A stretch of 63,735 nt of DNA, filler included, from Phoronis australis (Eukaryota > Animalia > Phoronida): the NCBI GenBank assembly GCA_002633005.1. It is 4 parts of 4 records of this genome, joined end to end, with 100 filler letters (N's around TTAATTAATTAA, not from the genome) between each part and the next. Parts side by side here need not be neighbours in the genome. Positions count along the whole stretch, not along the records: positions 28,434 to 55,694 come from NMRA01000509.1; 3 more parts are not named here. The stretch is one strand, 5' to 3'. Position numbers and translations under genes: made by a program. The notes under the pieces are model-generated. The model saw nothing but the letters and a program-made list of their open reading frames with translations. It made no database searches and was not told where the DNA came from. Shown piece by piece: positions 38,293 through 50,200 of this stretch (position 1 is the stretch's first letter; the number at the start of each line of letters is the position of its first letter).

Positions 38293-41200
38293 TCAATGGA
38301 GAAACATAGCTTTCACGTTTGACAGCGTTGCAAATGGAATTCACGTGTACGTAGACGGCCTTCCCCCCACCAATGAGGCCACGATGCTTTATAATATACC
38401 ACATCGAGTTATTCCCGGAGACAACGAGTACGACATTCTTTCACTTGGAGAACCTTTACTTGGCAAGTATACTCTAAAATTTGTATAATGTATCGTATGC
38501 AACGTTATGACCACTCTGAGCTGTAAAGCAACAAGACATCATTGAAGTTAGCAGCGACGTTTCAGTGTACCAGGGGAGCCCGTCGGGCTCTGCGTATATG
38601 TGAATGTTATCTCAACGAATGGCCGGAGGCTCTCTTCAAATATACTTGGGCCGAAAAACACCCCTTTGTGCAAGTGCCACGTCTGGTAGAGAGCCTCCTT
38701 TAATATCTTAACTTTGATTTAACCTTTTATAGGAATAGAAATAAATTTAAGGACACGCTTTTTAGAGTTTTTCCACCAACCGCTATCCTCCGTTATATCT
38801 TTTCTATTTCTGTCGATGATTAAGCTCTGTCCAATGACCCAATTATACTTTCGACAATTTCCGCGATGGGCCGAGCACTACCAAGCGTTTTAAGGTTACC
38901 ACCAACTTTCTTAAAGTCGACATTCATTCATACACGAAGGTTTTGTGAATCGATTTGCTCAAAATGCTCAAAAAGTGGATAATTAAAAAACTAAAATCGA
39001 TTTAAAAAATATGAGACACGGATGCCTCGAAAATGCCATTATCAACAAGTTGACAAAAGACCAATATTATGAATGGAGGAACAATATTTTCAAAATCTCG
39101 GCTTAAAGTCAAAAAAGTACTAAAAACGCATATTTATTGAACAAAAATAAGGACAAGTAAATACGAATAATAAAATATGTTAGGAAATTTATTCACCTTT
39201 CAGAAAATATATACTTTGTAAGGGTTACAATCAACAGAATTCAGTATATTTTCACATAAGTACAACCTGATAAACAAGGTTCAAAGTTACTTTAATACAT
39301 GAGCAGCCACTGATGCTACATCAAGCTTTCTCAGTGCTGAACTAGTAGAGCTTCAAAGAGTGTAGGCCGGTTAATGTGTTCATATTAGGTACATTAGGGT
39401 TTTCATGATTAGGCGGAGTGTAGACAAGGGCAAATGAAGAAACAGATTCGCACAGAATAACAAACTGTAAAATAAATCAAACCCTAGACAAGGTAAATTC
39501 ACAAGTGTCCAACTATGTCCCCAACAAATCATTAATTTGCATATAGAACTGTCCGTTTCCATACCTCCCATTAATTGCGCAAACGAGCACGCACTACTTG
39601 TAAATAATCATACCTGTGTTCATGCTTTTGGCGTGTAGGCCACGTACGAAGTGAATAAGAATCTGAATAAACACGCGTTCACTTAACTGTGATTTGTATT
39701 ACAATCTTATTTTACTAAAATTTCAGGCAACGTATTTTTCCAAGGTTACTTGAGAAACTTGGCAATATGGAAGCGACGGTTTAACAGCAGTGAGGCAAAA
39801 CGCCATTTCCAAGGAAAATATGAAAGTACGGCATGGTTGACAAGACTCATGTTAATGTTTCAGATAATTTGATTATTGGGGTTTATTTAAAGACTCACTT
39901 TAATTTTTGAGACAATTGAGTATTGGAGTTTGTTTATTGTGTTCATCTGATGTTGACACTTCCAACACTCCTCAAGACTTTCTAACTGATGAAATACTGT
40001 TTTAAACTAAACGTTTCGCATGCGCGCACCCAGCCTTCAATAAGAGGGGGGGCTCCAATTCCTAACGTTGTGGACTTTTGGTAACAAAACAGCCGGCGGA
40101 CTAAAGAAAAAAAACGGGCGCAGCGCACCACTGTGAATTGCGCGTTTGTGCTTGTTTAGTGGACTTTAGCTTCATTTCCTCAGACTTTTTGTTTCTCACA
40201 GGCGAACCTTTTTGCCCACTTCGCCAAATGAGCCCCCCGAGCCTCTCTGGGTGCGCGCATGTTTTGAATATCAAAATAACAAAAATTCATTCAAGGTAGA
40301 CTTCATAAAAAAATATATTTGAAGTGACAACATTGCGCGCCTTATGTAAATTGCCACGACTCATCTTTTCAGACCTTCAAGACGAATGCGATGCGCATTT
40401 TGGTGGTAGCTATGTGAACAACGCATGTTTCATAACTACGGGCGTTTACACTGATTTTCAACACTTCGATGACGTTTGCAAGATCACATACCGTGGAGCA
40501 TCTCCAGCAGTTCTTAAGGCAAACTACATCTTTCCACATCTCAGTTTGACAAACGTGTGGCTGGGTTTGAGATATATGGACAGTGTAAGTAATCATGGAT
40601 AAAGGTGCTTAGATACTGTGCAAGTTATAGTCTTGTTGGTCTGCTGACGTTGACAACTGCATGCGCGCACCCAGGGGGGAGGGGGGCCTTGGGGTTGGCT
40701 CAAATGAGCCCCTCAATTTCGCGAAGTGGGCAAAAAGATCCGCCTCAGAGACACAGAGAAACAAAACTTCCGAGAAAAACGAGGCAAATGTCCACTGAGA
40801 AGACGCAGACCCACTGTTTACAGTTTTGAAGGTAGTACCCCGTTTTTTTTGTTTTTTTTTTGTCCTACCGATATTTTGTCGGCAGAAGGTCCACATCGAC
40901 AGAAATTCGAGAAAACTTTAATAAACTCACTCTTTCCGATCGATGGGTCGGGACTACTTGCCAAAAGTGTCTCACGACAAGTGTCACTTGTTTCTAACGT
41001 TATGGAACACTCCAGCCCATTTTATCTAACCTCAAATCACAGTTTCCGCAGATGTGGTACCAAAAGTGGCTATTACGCAATTATTGACTTCCGCTGAGAT
41101 CCATGTTTCCAGATCCCAAAAAATGTCCGAGGATTGTAAGAATGTTTTGTATTTGATGCAGTGACACTTCTGTACATATTGGTGCTCTTGAACAGTTGCG

Positions 41201-44200
41201 TATTCATGTTCATTTATAAATGTGCGCCTCTATGCTCAGAAAATTATAAACGGAATTCAAGGCAAGCTCGAATTGCAGGTACACGAATGGAGATGGTATA
41301 ACAGCCAGGTATTTACCGATCTGAATGGTCAAGCACTCAACTTTGCAATTTCGAGAGTAGCAGGAGTTAAGAATACCGACACTCAAGGGTATCCAAAGAT
41401 TTTCAACCCTAGTGGCCGTGACTATCTGCGTGCGTTCTGCGAACTCAGAGGTTTGTCCATTTTCTGTTTTTTTGTTGTATTTAGTTATGATTACAATATA
41501 TTACATCGGTCAAAGCACCCCGATGTGACGTGTTACCTTTGGGCGTTCTGGTCACCTTGTTCCTATGTACATGTAGTTACTTTTCGTTTTAACTGATGCT
41601 CTTGCGTGTTCCAAAAGACCAAATACACGAACACCAATCTAATTAATTCAAGTCGCAGCTAGGCGTATCTCAGAATTTAACTATATGGTTGGCCTTGGGG
41701 AACACAGCGCCTTCAACCAACTCTAGTATGACAATTTCGTTTTTTCTCAAGATTCAAACGTTTTTAAACATCAAAATAAATTTTCAATACAACAAAACAC
41801 TTAGAAACTCGAGTTTTTTAGTAACTGATTTTATATATAATGCACCGTAAGGTAAAGAGGGGCAAGACACGTATGCGAGGCAAAAGACTCGATGTTGGAC
41901 ATAACCAACCACGCGGTATGTTACATTTTGTAACATAAGCCACCAGGTCTGCGTTCCGTAGACTAAAGACAGCAATGAATAATGATACAATCGCTTTTCA
42001 TTCGCATAGTTTTGTATGGTCTTGCGCAGTGTTCTTGTTCTCACGTTGTTCAGATAACAAAAGCTAGCCGCATGTCTTATGACTTTGTTTCTTGATGCTC
42101 CGTTTTGTAGAAGGACACCTTTATTCTTGTCAGTGCTGTAGACGCTGCAAATAATAAAGAATATTTCACTTTTGATTTCTCTTACAATACAAGTTCCTGG
42201 GGGAGTCAGTGGAGTTCGTGGTGACGTGCCGCTGAGATGGGGTGCTTTTTCATTTTTTTGGTATAAAGTAACAGGTCAACTCCTGCTGGTAAACAATAAT
42301 ATTTGGACTTTCTGCAGATGCAGGCCAGTATGAAGGTACATGTTAACAATATTGGGAGGAGGTGTCATCCTGTCGTCTGCAAAACATTGGGCGGATGGGT
42401 TGCATGACATCTGCCACCCGCTTCCTACGGCCTTGAGATAAGGTATAAATATAGGTCATGTCAGTTTCAAACCTTTTTCACTGGACACAATTCTAGCTCT
42501 TGGTGTTAACATGGGTCACATTTTAAATTTTAGCTGCCAGGTCTAACTATCTTCCCACACTTGGAAGCCCAGTCACAGCCTTAAATAAGGTGACGCCCCC
42601 CCCGAGAGACAAGAGCCTTTAGTAGCAGCTGTTCATGCTATTTTCTTCGAACTGAAGTTCTTGAATTTTTGGGGTTTACTAAGAATAGAACACCGTTTAT
42701 TTGCAGGTTGGCGTTTTCCCTACAAGATTTTTGTTCTATCTGGCACCCATTTTTTCCTTCAATGCACGTATGCAATGTATGGTTTCAAAGAGTATGATAG
42801 GACAAACATATTGCATTTATAATCATTTCTCAAGAGTATGATAGGACAAACATATTGCATTTATAATCATTTCTCAAGAGTATGATAGGGCAAACATATT
42901 GCATTTATAATCATTTCTCAAGAGTATGATAGGACAAACATATTGCATTTATAATCATTTCTCAAGAGTATGATAGGACAAACATATTGCATTTATAATC
43001 ATTTCTCAAGAGATGTTCAAATTGAAATTACATTATTGGGGAGAAATAAAACAACAAGAATAATATGTATTTTAAGTTGTATTGGGAATTTCAGGCTCAT
43101 TTACAAATAAATATTCCACAGAAGGAACCAGAGGGGTTCCTTAATTACAAGAGATAACACACAACTTACGATACCCAATGTGCAATTGAGTGTCGGATAC
43201 TAAGTGGCACAGGTTAGAATAGTACCAAATGGGTACATAATGCCAAATGGTTATTGGCCGATTGCCTACCAAGTGTGTCGAGCAAAGCCATCTGTGGCTA
43301 AAAGTAATAAACACCGGAAGTAACGTTTGTCCAGGACAATTAACGCCGAACGGGAAGGAATCTACTAGCTATAAAATTATCTAACTGGTAAACCTTACGA
43401 GTAAATGTACATTTGCTTGAGGCTGGGCCAGCAAGAAGCTGGAAAGAAAGAACAAACAGCGCTACCATAGGACTAGGTAGGAACTAACTAGGGGTTCGAT
43501 ATGACGCATGAAGGGCTGTATAATGGTATTTGCCCAATAACAGGATTTATGTAAGGGTGCCACATATCTCATTATTTATTACTTAATTTGTTGTCTTGGC
43601 CCCCTGTATCCTACCTCGTTTTGCTATACTCAAATATTGTTGCAGAGCCGAGACTGACCGTCAGTTCAACGATTGATGGAACGAACACTAACATCGTTTA
43701 CGTTCACGTTGGGAAGTTGATGACGTTTAGCAAAGCTGTTGAAGAATGCGAACGAGTTGGCCTTCGTCTGCTCACCTTTGACTCGTATTCAGAAATCAAC
43801 TTAATCGACACCTTTCTTCAGTTCGATAAAGGGACAGCGGCACCGTATTGGATTGGTATTCGTACCACAGGCCTTACCTCTGTGTCCGTCCACAGAACCA
43901 TATACGGCGACAAGATTAAAGCGAACAAGTTCCCTAATCCTCTCTTGGGTGACGTAAATAACTTTACACTGTGTACGGTATCGACGGGCCTGAACACTTG
44001 GATCGAGATCATCTGCTCATCAACAACCATGTTTAATGGTGCAATTGCAGAAATACAAGTTGTTTGTAAAGGACCCATTTCATCTTACACAGAGGGTGAG
44101 TTCGCCAGTTACCATTACAACTGTAAAGCTGATAACTTTATGAGACGCCTCCATTAAAACAATTACCCAAAAGCAAAGTAATAAAGCAGATTTGCCGGCC

Positions 44201-47200
44201 ACACAAAAATCTGTGTCGATCCTTTGCATATTATCATAGAACAACATTTCCCTCACATAACAGATCATTCAGAGCATTGTCAAATTAAAAAGAGCGGTGA
44301 ACAGCTATCACGTTCGATAGGAATCATCAGGATTGCTTCACTCTTGTAGCAAGAGATGTCTCAAATTTTCTTTTGTTGATGATGATTTTTACCACAAAGC
44401 GTCAAATCTTACGTAAAAATGCCTTGAAATCGTAACAAGTGTGTTTGTTACGATGGACCTATTTGTTAGCTTTAATCACGGTGGCATTGGCGACGTTTCC
44501 AAAAGTGCTATTCCGAAAACTTACATTAACCAGATTTCGCGCGTGTACTAGTGGTGATAGATTTAGCAGCCTCGATTTCGCGAGCCCTTAAATACCTGGT
44601 GAAATGGCTTGCAGCCGTGCCAACTGAATCTGAGATTACGTAAAAAGTGTGCTTCTATGAGAGGAAGTAAGCATGACCTTATGCAATGTAAGGTTTGTTA
44701 TTATTTTAACAATTGTTCTATGTTTATTCTACTGATGCCTGTTAACTGAGGTATTCGCCGATGTCGTTGTTTGTTGTGATTTGTGTGTCAGAATAAATAT
44801 TGATTAAGTAATTAGTAAGACTAGGGAATGCTGTTGGCGTCAGCAAGGATCCTGATCCCAATTGGCAGCCACGAGATAGTGTGATGTCCGCAGTCACTAC
44901 TAGAGCACAGTCTAAGAAGAGAGAGAAACCTATTAAGCCTTTGGCGGTGACTCCATCCGGAGTGGAAAGTCTCGACGTCAGCAAATTGAAGGACGAGCAA
45001 CAACATGATCCTTCCGTACATAAGCTCATGGAACTTGTTGAGAAAGACAAACCAGCAAGCACACGTGGTAGAGGTCAATACTGGTATGAGAAGCAAAAGG
45101 GGGTCCTGTACCGAGTGTATGCTGATAACACCAAAGAGTTGAGTCAGATAGTTGTCCCTGTCAAATATCGACAACAGGTTATGACGCTAGCTCACGAGTC
45201 AATCGTAGGTGGGCACCTTGGTGTGAGGAAGACCAGCGATATAAAAGCCAGTAGCTTTTATTGGCCAGGAGTTGGCAGTGACATAAATTGTTTCTGCAGA
45301 TCATGTGACATCTGCCAGCGAACAACTCCTAAGGGCAGGATCTCTAAAGTGCCACTGGGTGAGATGCCACTTATGGAAGAAATCGTTCCAGCGTATCGCT
45401 GTTGATTTGATTGGGCCTGAGTCGCCGATTACAGACAGAGGCAACCGGTACATTCTCACCATCGTAGACTATGCCACAAGATACCCGGAGGCAGTCCCTC
45501 TACCCAGAATAGAAGCTGCTCGAGTCGCAGAAGCACTATTTGAAACCTTCTGTAGAATTGCCTTTCCACGAGAGGTGCTTAGTGACTTTGGGACACAGTT
45601 TACCTCAGAAGTTCTGAAGGAAGTTGCACGGCTAATATCCATGAAGCAAGTGTTCACCACTCCGTACAATCCGAAATGCAATGGATTGTGTGAGCGTATT
45701 AACGGTGTACTGAAGAGTATGCTTAAGAAAATGTGCCAAGAGCGTCCACAAGACTGGTACCGGTACTTACAAGCAGTACTGTTCGCCTACCGAGAGGTAC
45801 CACAGGTGAGCACAGGTTTCTCGCCATTTGAACTGTTGTATGGTAAAACCATGCGAGGGCCAATGCAGGTGCTTAAAGAGTTGTGGACAGGCAATGAAAC
45901 ACCAGACGTAAGGAATACTTATGAGTATGCCCTCGACTTGCGACATCGTCTGGAAGAGACATGTGAACTGGTGCGGGAAAACTTACGAAATGCTGGTGAA
46001 GCATACAAGCACCATTATGACAAAAAGACACGAGATGGTCGCTTCAAAGTAGGAGACCAAGTCTTAATATTGTTACCAACCGACAGTAACAAGCTACTAC
46101 TGCAGTGGAGGGGTCCCTATGAAGTGACCGAGGTACTCAACAAAATGGACTACCGAGTAAGGGTCAGTGGAAAGACCGAGACATACCATGCCAACCTGTT
46201 GAAACTCTTCATATCTCGTGACCCAAGTGAGGCTGCAAGTAAAGATGATACAGATCAGAATTCTGACATCGCAGCCATAGCCGTACTTCAGCCTGAAATG
46301 GACAATGAAGTTGGTGTTGTCGATGATGAACATCTACTAGAGCTGGGATCGACAAACCAAAAAGAAACGTACAAAGATGTCAAGATATCAGACGAGCTCA
46401 CTACTATCCAACAAAGGGAGGTGATAAGTCTGCTAGAAGAGTACTCTGACATCTTTAGTGAAGTACCAGGTACGACCCATCTGGATGAGCACAAGATTGA
46501 GACCATCAGTGAAGAGCCGGTGAGAGTCAAGCCGTATACCGTGCCATATGCCGTACGGTCGGTTGTGCAGGAGGACGTTGACATCATGTTAAAGTGTGGA
46601 GTCATAGAGCCATCCAGTGCACCCTACAACTCTCCAGCGGTCTTAGTGAAGAAGGTGGACGGTTCAAATGGATTCTGCATCGATTTTCGTCGTTTGAACG
46701 CCATCCCCAAGTTCGACTCGGAACCGATGGGCAATCCTGATGACATCATGGCTAAGATGAGCAAAAACCAGTATTTTACGAAGATTGATCTAAGTAAAGG
46801 ATACTGGCAAGTCATGGTCGCCGAAGAATCAATACCCAAGACTTCCTTTGTAGTACCAAGTGGTTGCTGCAAGTTCGTAAAGATGCCATTTGGTCTGGTA
46901 AATTCAGCAGCGACCTTCGACCGCATGATGAGGAAGATGTTGGCAGGAGCACATGATACAGAACATTATGTGGATGACATTCTGTGCCATAATAAGACCT
47001 GGACTGAACACCTTGCCACCTTGCGAGACACCTTCCAACGTGTGCGAGAGGCTGGACTAACGATTCGACCCACCAAGTGTTCGGTTGGATCTCGTTCCGT
47101 CGATTTCGTTGGACATGTGGTTGGTGAAGGGCACCTGGAAATGGATGAAGAAAAGCTGGGACGTATCCGAGATGCACCACGACCCAGAACGAAGAAACAA

Positions 47201-50200
47201 GTTCGTTCTTTTCTTGGGTTGGCTGGATACTACAGGAAGTTCATTCCAAACTTTGCTGAAATCGCCAACCCGCTTACTGAGCTCATGAAGAAGAAACAGC
47301 CTAACACCGTGCAATGGGAAGAAACTCAGCAGCATGCATTCGACACTCTTCGAGACCTGCTGACGAGAGCACCCGTATTGAGATTACCTGATTTCAGTAA
47401 ACCTTTTATTAATTAACAATAAGTTTCATTTGTCTAATTAGGAGCTATCATATATAGCACTCGGGATCTTTTCGTACACCAAAGCAGTATTATTGTTTGA
47501 ATGATTTCTAACAGGCTTGTCAGTGACAGTTACATCAATCAATGCTGAATGTTTATGCTGACAAGTCGGTGTTGGTTAGTGAGTAAAGATTACAATCCAA
47601 GCCCAATGGCAAAGGGTACGTGACAAATATCCAGTAGACTATTTTTACTCCCTATCCTATGTCTTCCGGAAATCTATTACACGTTGAAGTGGAAATCTAT
47701 CATGTCTGTTTTCACGTGACCTTTGGTTTTTAGGTGTGAGGGCTTCTCCCGGGTAGAGGAGATGTGCTAAGCTTCACAGCATTTCCCCAAACCAGCAGTG
47801 TTGCATGGCACAATGTACAAGTCAGTGGCCCTGGAGAAATGTGATTCGCAGTATTAAGTTATCATAAGACAATGTGCCAGTGGATTAATTGTCTATGAAG
47901 ATGAACTATGTTTGACTGCTACAAAAGTCTGGGGGAAATGACGTTCAGTGTTTGCATAGATTTTCTTGCTGTCAGTAGAAAGCCCGTTAATGTTGCACTT
48001 TGATGATCAAATAAATTTTTAATCACGAGGCAAGTTTGTCACTAATTATTGAAACCACAATATTTCTCATGTTTTAAAGCCCCATACAGTGCAGTTGTTC
48101 TTCATGAAACCGAAATGATTACCAAAAACACTTGCAAATTGTCATTTTCCTGTTGACCTATAGAAATGAGCAGCGATAAAAATGACGTATTCCCTTTGTT
48201 TGCATTTGATTTGTTCGTGTGTGTGTAAATATTTTTGGAGCTTTCTTAAGAAGGTCTTTGAACAATTTTAATTTTATTTTGTTTCCCTGTCTACAAACAA
48301 TAGTTCCACATTTAAGAAAAGTACGTTTTCAATTGTAGCTAGCTGGATAAGAATCTGCTATGCACAAGATTCGAGAATAAACAATTATCAGTGTATTTAA
48401 AAACAAAATGGTAAACTGAATAACCACATACATACAAAGAAACAACATTGTTAAAAATAATTGTAATTTCCCCAATGCAATGCAGTCCATAATCAGGCAT
48501 ATCAAGTGCAGAATGTCTGAATTAGGTTCAATTCTCTCGGGTTTCTGTAGGATTGCTTTTCATATATTGTCCAAAGGTAAGATAGACCGTCAGGTGGCTG
48601 GTTTCAGGCATTTCCTTTCATCTGTAACAGAACAGTCAGAGAAAAATTAGCAAATTATAAAATAAAACAAAAGACAAAACTACTTTTGTAAGGCAGAACA
48701 TACTTGACGTTTCATTTCATGTTTATATGTAGAAACTAATAATCTTTATACCCAAGTCTTATTTAAGATCTGAATTAGATTATGTGAAACAGGCTAAAAG
48801 GATTTAACAATGTGTATTTTTCATGGCACCTAAAATGTGCTTCTGATCTCAACATGTAAAATTCATTGTAAGCGTCAATTTTAGTCCAGTGCAATATTAC
48901 GACCTTTACTGGATACTGCTTATTCACGTTAATTCGGTAACTAATCTGGTAGTCCTGGGGGTGGGGTCCGCTACAAAATAAGGAAACTCACTCATCTAGA
49001 GAATTGTATTGGACATAGCATAGCTTGAAGAGAAACTGCCGTGAAAAAGTCACCCTTGACTTCTGAGCGTCACCTACCATACACCTCTTATATTGGGCGC
49101 ACTCCCACTCAGGACAATATGTGAATATGTTCTGCTGGCCTACAATATATCCGAGTCCCGGGTGAGTTTCCGAAAGAAACACTTAGTTCCACTCAATAAA
49201 CCCGTTATTCAGTAGGGTAACTGGTGGGGATAACATCATCGAACGATGTCGATAGAAACTGATTGCTAAAGACTTACCAAGTAACGTTATGTAGTCTCCC
49301 AAATGCATATAGAGCACACACGAGACTTCGGCATCCTCACACTTTTTGTCAGTTGGTTGACCCTTTTGACCGCAATTCTCCACGAATGTAGTAACCTTAG
49401 GTCTTTTGAGAATTTGTGGCCACCTGTCGAAGACTTGCACCGGGGAAAATAGCACTAATAAGGCTTAGCGCGACGACGTAATTTCATAACAATTCCGTCT
49501 TTTTACCAGCTGTTTACATGCAGACAGTGACGCATGCGCAATTCAATCACCACTAGTACAGCCTTGACACCGCGAGGAGAATTCTCCAAATAGCCCCATT
49601 AAGGTATCGCCAGAAAAAGAATTCTGCCTGCATTCGAACAGGAAGCATGGGAATGCACAGCTTTTCTTTTAGGAGTGCGATCTTTTGATGCTTAGAAGGA
49701 TCACTAACCATGAATGTACATATTCTAGGTTTGAATTTGCAAAAAACGTATACTTCCACATCATCGGCTTATGTGACCTCGACAACATCTGAAAGAATGT
49801 CTGCAACAACAGAATCTGCTGTAGAAACGACAACAGAAAAAATGACAACAAGATATTTTACAGCCGCCTCTTCTGAGAAATCTGATGAAACATCAACTTC
49901 GTCAGAGCAGGGCATCTCCACGGTGACAACACTAACAAGCACACCAACAGTGTACGACACAACCAGCATGCAGTCGTACACGACAAAGTCGTCGAAGGCT
50001 CTGTCGTGTCAAGAAATTAAAGAGGCTTTGACATACTGCACATCCGTAAGTGTACATAATGATATTGCATGGACTTCTTAGAGTAGCTAAGCTCCGTGTT
50101 GCATCTTTTTCAAACTATTGTTATGGCTCTTCCTTAGGATTGGAACACTGTCTTAATACAGCGAGTTAGTGTTCCTAATCAAGTTTTATTGTCTGAGAAC

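Larger units (their letters stand above)
44544..49560 (+). mobile_element. Copy C of the ISL2EU-like family, both ends present, in a receptor intron
   Basis: Perfect 15-bp inverted repeat TGTACTAGTGGTGAT (44544-44558) / ATCACCACTAGTACA (49546-49560). SAP exon on + at about 44605-44687, THAP exons on -. Confidence 0.75.

Noticed and set aside
42787-43012. CRISPR-like array
   Set aside because: The units are contiguous with no unique spacers, no cas genes are present, and the context is a eukaryotic intron. It is a minisatellite.
45469-47335. Antisense and alternate-frame ORFs over the gypsy pol (and similar ones over the RTE at 15650-16109)
   Set aside because: They are shadow ORFs of genuine coding sequence, with no motifs of their own.
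43588-47416. C-type-lectin ORF beside a reverse transcriptase as a diversity-generating retroelement
   Set aside because: The RT is a gypsy LTR type with an integrase, no template/variable repeat pair is visible, and the lectin is a spliced host exon.
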